DNA of 64,000 nucleotides from an uncultured Acidobacteriota bacterium (GTDB lineage: Bacteria; Acidobacteriota; UBA6911), in NCBI GenBank assembly GCA_963809485.1, contig CAWEJX010000001.1, forward strand, positions 416,001 to 480,000, in the 5' to 3' direction. Below the pieces are notes generated by a model. It ran no database searches and had not been told where the DNA came from. It was given only the letters and a program-made list of their open reading frames with translations. A program made the position numbers and the translations under genes. Of this stretch, positions 59,204 through 64,000 are shown piece after piece (within the stretch, counting starts at the first letter, position 1; each line of letters begins with the position of its first letter).

Positions 59204-60373
59204 TCAGGACCTCCCAAGAATAATAATGTTAGCGTAAAGACCTACGCCGCCGACGTTATGGACCAGCCCGATCTCCGGGTTTTTGACCTGCATGTCGCCC
59301 ATTTCCCCCCTGAGCTGAAGCACGATGGTCCGGACCTGAGAACCGCCCGTGGCGCCGATCGGATGCCCTTTGGACAGAAGGCCCCCATCGACGTTCACGG
59401 GGATGCTACCTTCTTTGTAAGTCTCCTTACTCTTGATGAGGTCTTTACCTTCACCCGGCCTCGCAAAACCCAGGCCTTCATACGCTATTAATTCAGAAAT
59501 TGTAAAGCAATCATGAACTTCCGCTACGTTAACATTTCCGGGCGTAATCCCCGCCATCTTATAGGCCGTTTTGCCGGCGATGTCTGCAACATCCAGGCCG
59601 GCGAAGTCTTTTCTGCCAGTCATGTTCACGGGAGCGGACGCAGAGCCTATGCCCAAGATCCAAACCGGCTTTTTACAGATCGCTTTTGCCTTTTCTTCAC
59701 TGGCAAGGATAAGACAGGAACAGCCATCCGCATTGGCGCAGCAATCTCCTACGCGAAGGGGGCTCGCGACAGGTCCGGACATGGGATTATTCGGATCCGT
59801 GAACATATCGAGAGATACTGCTTTCCGGTAAACGGCCTTTTCGTTGATCTGCCCGTAGGTAGAGGCTTTTACCCTGATGAGTGCCAGATCCTCCAGTGTC
59901 GTGCCGTACTTTTCCATATGGCCCTTGGCGAACATGGCGTAGTAAGCCGGCATCATCGTTCCAAAGGGGCTTTCCCATTGGACATCTGTTCCGCGTCCCA
60001 TTCTTTCCTGGGATTCCGCCGAGGATATCTCGGACATTTTCTGAAAACCTATGACTGCCACAATGTCGTGAAGGCCTGATTTGATGAGAGAATAAGCCAG
60101 CTTTACTCCGGTAGTGCTCGAGGAACAAAGGCTCTCGACATAAAAGGTCGGTTGTGGAGTTAGCCCGAGGTATTCTGCAAATACTCCCGATGGTGACCGC
60201 TGCTTATCGTATTCAGGCGCCGAGCAGACAATCGAGGCCTCAATGTCTTTCGCCGAAATTTGGGCATCAATCATGCAATCCTTAAAACCTTCAAAGGCCA
60301 GCTCTCGAATGGATCCGGGATAGCCCCGGACAAAGGCTGTCTGGCCTACGCCAATCACTGCCACTCTTCCCAT
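59204..60373 (-). CDS. Thiolase-family protein (SCP2-type)
   Basis: LCSSS, AEVHDCF, NVDGGLLSKGHPIGATG motifs. Confidence 0.92.
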   Translation of the reverse strand: MGRVAVIGVGQTAFVRGYPGSIRELAFEGFKDCMIDAQISAKDIEASIVCSAPEYDKQRSPSGVFAEYLGLTPQPTFYVESLCSSSTTGVKLAYSLIKSGLHDIVAVIGFQKMSEISSAESQERMGRGTDVQWESPFGTMMPAYYAMFAKGHMEKYGTTLEDLALIRVKASTYGQINEKAVYRKAVSLDMFTDPNNPMSGPVASPLRVGDCCANADGCSCLILASEEKAKAICKKPVWILGIGSASAPVNMTGRKDFAGLDVADIAGKTAYKMAGITPGNVNVAEVHDCFTISELIAYEGLGFARPGEGKDLIKSKETYKEGSIPVNVDGGLLSKGHPIGATGGSQVRTIVLQLRGEMGDMQVKNPEIGLVHNVGGVGLYANIIILGRS

Positions 60374-60492
60374 GGATTACCTCCCCTTATTGAGAAATCC
60401 TGCATTTGCGTTCAAAGGCAAATTGCTTCCCCTTTCGAAGATCCCGCTCCGCAGTCTTTTGCGCTGGGCGGAAGACTTCGTCAACGCCGGCA

Positions 60493-61236
60493 TCAGATAT
60501 ATTGCCCGCCGTCGACCTTGATCACCTCTCCCGTTATATGACGGGCTCTTTCCGTGCACAGGAACGTCACAACCCATGCGACTTCTTCCGGTTGTCCCAT
60601 TCTGCCAAGAACGATTTCGGCAAGCGCTTTCTGGCGAACATCGTCAGGGGCCTGCTTGACCATGTCGGTCTCGATCAGCCCGGGAGCGACCGCATTGCAA
60701 TTCACGCTGGACTTGGCAAGCTCGCGCGCCACAGTTTTCGTTAACCCGATGATTCCAGCCTTCGCCGCCGTGTAGTTGGCCTGTCCGAATTTGCCGCGCA
60801 AGCCGTTTATGGAGGTCACGTTGACGATCTTGCCGCTCCCCTGATCCTTGAAAATGGGAGCCACGGCGCGAATGTAATTGAAATACCCTTTGAGGTTGAT
60901 GTCCAGCGCTTCGTCCCACTGCTGCTCGGTCATTTTCCAGATCACGGCATCCCGGTTTACGCCGGCGTTGTTGACCAATATGTCGATGCGCCCCAACTCC
61001 TTTACCACGGTGGCAACCATCGTCTGGGCATCGTCGAAGTTGGCCACATCCGCCTTCACTGCCAGGCCTCGCCGGCCCATAGCGTCGATCTGCTCGCAGA
61101 TTGCCCGCGCCTCGGCATCATGCTTGCGGTAATTGATCGCCACGTTGGCGCCGTTCTTCGCAAGATCCAAAGCGCAGGCGCTTCCGATTCCGAGGCTTGC
61201 CCCGGTAACAATTGCTACTTTGCCTTCAAGTTCCAC
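60493..61236 (-). CDS. SDR oxidoreductase (FabG-like)
   Basis: TGASLGIG, NNAG, YTAAK motifs. Confidence 0.93.
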   Translation of the reverse strand: MELEGKVAIVTGASLGIGSACALDLAKNGANVAINYRKHDAEARAICEQIDAMGRRGLAVKADVANFDDAQTMVATVVKELGRIDILVNNAGVNRDAVIWKMTEQQWDEALDINLKGYFNYIRAVAPIFKDQGSGKIVNVTSINGLRGKFGQANYTAAKAGIIGLTKTVARELAKSSVNCNAVAPGLIETDMVKQAPDDVRQKALAEIVLGRMGQPEEVAWVVTFLCTERARHITGEVIKVDGGQYI

Positions 61237-61396
61237 TGTTTTATCCTCCGGAAAATGGAGCTTATGGTTAGACTGCCGGTTGATTCCCTAAACCTGGATT
61301 TACAGAAACAATGCCTCACTTATAGCTTTATTTGCCGAATAATTCCACAACCAAGAAAGAATTGAGCATCTGCAAATTCAGCTTTTGTGTATTTAT

Positions 61397-61463
61397 GGGG
61401 CGGCCGGAAGGCCGCCCGCGCAAATCCTTGAGATCCATCAACGGGCAGCCCTCCGGCCGCCCC
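61397..61463. repeat. Inverted REP-like doublet
   Basis: GGGGCGGCCGGAAGGCCGCCCG and a near reverse complement 23 bp downstream. Confidence 0.6.
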
Positions 61464-61485
61464 AAAAAAAATTCACCGGAACCGT

Positions 61486-62082
61486 TCAAGGATTTTTTGC
61501 AGGAAACGCGAGCGCTTCGGTCAGGACGTATGCAGCCTGCAGCGCCGAAGTCGGGCAAAGCGGAAAACACTCTTTGCAGTTCCAGCACTCTTGCGCGGCT
61601 ATCTCCGGAACGAAGCTGATTTCCCGTTTGGGCCCTCTTTCAACGAATCCGACGGCGTTTTTCTTCTTGACCTCAGCACAGTATCGGACACACAGTCCAC
61701 AAAGGATGCAAAATGAAGACTCTTTTTCAAAACGGTCTTTGTCCGCTCCATACAGTTGAGCCAATTTCTGCAATTCCGGGGAATCCGGAGCATGAGCCAG
61801 TTGCTCTTCCAAAAGCATCTTGCGGATTTTATCCACCTTCTCGGATCTGGTTCTCACGACCAGGCCTTTTTCTACCGGACGAACGCAGGCAGCAACCAAA
61901 CTTGTCCTGCCGCCGATTTCCACTTCCACCGTGCAAATTCGACAAGCCCCATAGGGCTCCAGTTTTTCGTGGTGACAGAGAGTAGGTATCAAAACCCCCA
62001 CACTTTGGGCGGCATCCAGAACGGTCATCTCTTCCGTTGCTTTAACTTCCCTACCATCAATCTGTAAAAGGATTTCACTCAT
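61486..62082 (-). CDS. 2Fe-2S/4Fe-4S protein, NuoG N-terminus-like (BamI-like)
   Basis: IPTLC..GACRIC..C; CILCGLC; CWNCKEC..CP. Confidence 0.88.
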   Translation of the reverse strand: MSEILLQIDGREVKATEEMTVLDAAQSVGVLIPTLCHHEKLEPYGACRICTVEVEIGGRTSLVAACVRPVEKGLVVRTRSEKVDKIRKMLLEEQLAHAPDSPELQKLAQLYGADKDRFEKESSFCILCGLCVRYCAEVKKKNAVGFVERGPKREISFVPEIAAQECWNCKECFPLCPTSALQAAYVLTEALAFPAKNP

Positions 62083-62150
62083 CTTTCCTTACCTTCTCTG
62101 GCCATGCTTCTGGCTTCTTCAGCAATAGGAGGATGTGCACCGGACCCATC

Positions 62151-63998
62151 CTAGTTCAGGTCACATCGCAGACACCTGCGCGCTTCTTTCATCGCCTCGT
62201 GCGCTGTCAGGGCAGGGACGATTTCCTCGAAGCTTCCGACCCGTCCCACCACCGGCACCTCGTTGGCGTGCACCCGCCGGGAATCCATCATCTCGTCCTC
62301 AGGCACGCTTACGGCATCGACGTGCATATACGGCTTGGTGACCTCATACTTCCGTTCCAAGGGCGCGCCATCCACCCATCGCTCGATCGACTCCGCTGCC
62401 CGCTGGCCTGCGGCAATGGCTTCGATGACCGTGTTGGGTCCGGTAACGGCGTCGCCGCCCGCGAATATGCCAGGGACGTTGGCGCCCATGGTTTCCTCGT
62501 CGGCCTTGATCGAGTCCCAGTCTGTGATCGCAAGTCCCGCGTCCTTCCTGATATAGGAGGTGTCCGGGCGTTCGCCGATCGCCGTGACCAGTGTGTCCAC
62601 TTCGACGCTGAACTCCGAGCCCTCAATGGGCACGGGGCGGCGTCTTCCGCTGGGATCAAAGTCCCCGAGCTTCATCCGGATGCAATCGACGGCCTTGATG
62701 CGCCCCTGCTCCACGTGCACCTTGATGGGATTCGCGAGGAAGTGGATCTCGATGCCCTCCTCGATCGCGGCATCGACTTCTTCCTTGAAGGCAGGCATCT
62801 CGGCACGGGTGCGTCGATAGATAAGCGTGACCTTCTCACAGCCGGGCAGTCGCCAAGCGACGCGGGCAGCGTCGACGGCGGAGTTGCCGCCGCCGACGAC
62901 GGCGACCCGCTTCCCGATTTTCTTGCCCCCATTCACGTTTACCTCTGTCAGGAACTCCATCGACTTCATGACGCCTCCGGCATCTTCGCCCGCGATGCCG
63001 AGCGGCATGCTCCGATATGCGCCGGTGGCAAGGAACACGGCCTTGTAGCCCTGCTGGGTGAGATCATCAAGGGTGAAGTCCCTGCCGAGCTTCTTGTTGC
63101 ATTGGATTTCGACGCCGGCGGCTTGGATCATCTTTACTTCCCGCTCGACCACCCGACGGGGCAGGCGGTATTGGGGGATTCCGGCCACGAGCATCCCCCC
63201 CGGTATCGGAAGCGAATCGAAAATGGTCACGCCAAAACCCCTCATGGCAAGTCGATGGCCGCAAGCAAGTCCCGCGGGGCCGGCGCCGATGACGGCGATA
63301 CGTTCCATCCGCTTCGGATGCCCGTCGCTGGTCGCGGGCTTTAAGTCCTTCTGCTCGGCATAGTCGGTGATGAACCGCTTCAGCGCGCGAATCGAGATCG
63401 GGTCTCCGCCGTCGCCGGAGCGGCACTTCCGTTCGCACGGGTGGTTGCATACCCGACCGCAGATTCCGGGCAGTGGGTTGTCCATCGAAATGGTCTTCCA
63501 CGCGGCATCGAAGTCGCCATGCGCAATCTGAGCGATGTAAACCGGCGCCTTTGTGTCAATGGGGCAGGTGTGCTGGCACGGCGACGAGATGATCGCTTTG
63601 CACACCGCTGCACTGCATCGCCTCCGTTTGATGTGCTCCTCATACTCCTTCCTGAAATGGCGGAGCGTGCTTAAAACCGGATTAGGAGCGGTCCCGCCCA
63701 AAGCACATAGTGAGGCGCCTCTGGCTGCCTCGGAGATCTCCTCCAGAAGCTCAATATCCCCCTCTTTCCCCTTCCCCTGAGTGATATTAGTCAGAATCTT
63801 AAGCATCTGCCGGATGCCTTCACGGCATGGGGTGCATTTGCCACAGGATTCATCATTAAGCAAGTTAAGAAAGTACTTGGCGACATCAACCATGCAGGTG
63901 CTTTCATCCATGACGATCATGCCACCTGAACCCATGATTGCGCCAACTTTGGCCAGTTCTTCAAAGTCGACTTTTATATCCAGGTAATCTGCAGGGAT
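62151..63998 (-). CDS. NuoF-like NADH-binding subunit fused to GltD/SudA-like flavoprotein (5' partial)
   Basis: GSGGM, ESCGKCTPCREG, SLCALG; then CGRVC..CE, GAGPAG, GGGNSAVD, YRR, RCLRC; frame open to window edge. Confidence 0.9.
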   Translation of the reverse strand: MPADYLDIKVDFEELAKVGAIMGSGGMIVMDESTCMVDVAKYFLNLLNDESCGKCTPCREGIRQMLKILTNITQGKGKEGDIELLEEISEAARGASLCALGGTAPNPVLSTLRHFRKEYEEHIKRRRCSAAVCKAIISSPCQHTCPIDTKAPVYIAQIAHGDFDAAWKTISMDNPLPGICGRVCNHPCERKCRSGDGGDPISIRALKRFITDYAEQKDLKPATSDGHPKRMERIAVIGAGPAGLACGHRLAMRGFGVTIFDSLPIPGGMLVAGIPQYRLPRRVVEREVKMIQAAGVEIQCNKKLGRDFTLDDLTQQGYKAVFLATGAYRSMPLGIAGEDAGGVMKSMEFLTEVNVNGGKKIGKRVAVVGGGNSAVDAARVAWRLPGCEKVTLIYRRTRAEMPAFKEEVDAAIEEGIEIHFLANPIKVHVEQGRIKAVDCIRMKLGDFDPSGRRRPVPIEGSEFSVEVDTLVTAIGERPDTSYIRKDAGLAITDWDSIKADEETMGANVPGIFAGGDAVTGPNTVIEAIAAGQRAAESIERWVDGAPLERKYEVTKPYMHVDAVSVPEDEMMDSRRVHANEVPVVGRVGSFEEIVPALTAHEAMKEARRCLRCDLN

Positions 63999-64000
63999 GC

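Noticed and set aside
62151-62153. Programmed TAG readthrough (pyrrolysine)
   Set aside because: GltD-like domains normally end just after RCLRC and no pyl genes are visible; a fossil tail is the simpler explanation

Overview
Bacterial chromosomal window with two halves. About 1-46 kb is a large surface-polysaccharide / PEP-CTERM (exosortase-substrate) region. It holds Wzx/Wzy/Wza/Wzc-type export genes, many glycosyltransferases, an orphan Wzm, nucleotide-sugar enzymes, three PEP-CTERM proteins (two with sigma-54 promoters and TGT-N11-ACA enhancer boxes), and the usual accessory genes (deacetylase, CAAX-like protein, ExeA-like ATPase, TIGR03790-like TPR protein). No exosortase gene is in the window. 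About 46-64 kb is anaerobic metabolism: a Tat-less molybdopterin/FeS/NrfD complex, ADP-forming acyl-CoA ligase, JAB protein, family III CoA-transferase, thiolase/OB-fold pair, SDR, and NuoG-like and NuoF-GltD subunits resembling the tail of a class II benzoyl-CoA reductase (Bam) cluster. The most striking unexplained signal is a ~398-bp element in four same-orientation copies (26979, 35911, 53668, 56874). It has IS200/IS605-type hairpin ends and a TAAT/TGAT target with no duplication. It has no transposase and instead carries a ~265-nt branched fold-back, whose 33-nt terminal loop is inverted in one copy. Other notable items are a GT9 protein with a 28-aa-repeat coiled-coil ruler, a fossil C-terminal tail recording a domain swap in the NuoF-like gene, and a thrB remnant next to apgM. 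Family assignments come from motif recognition only; no database searches were run, and host taxonomy cannot be established from the window.
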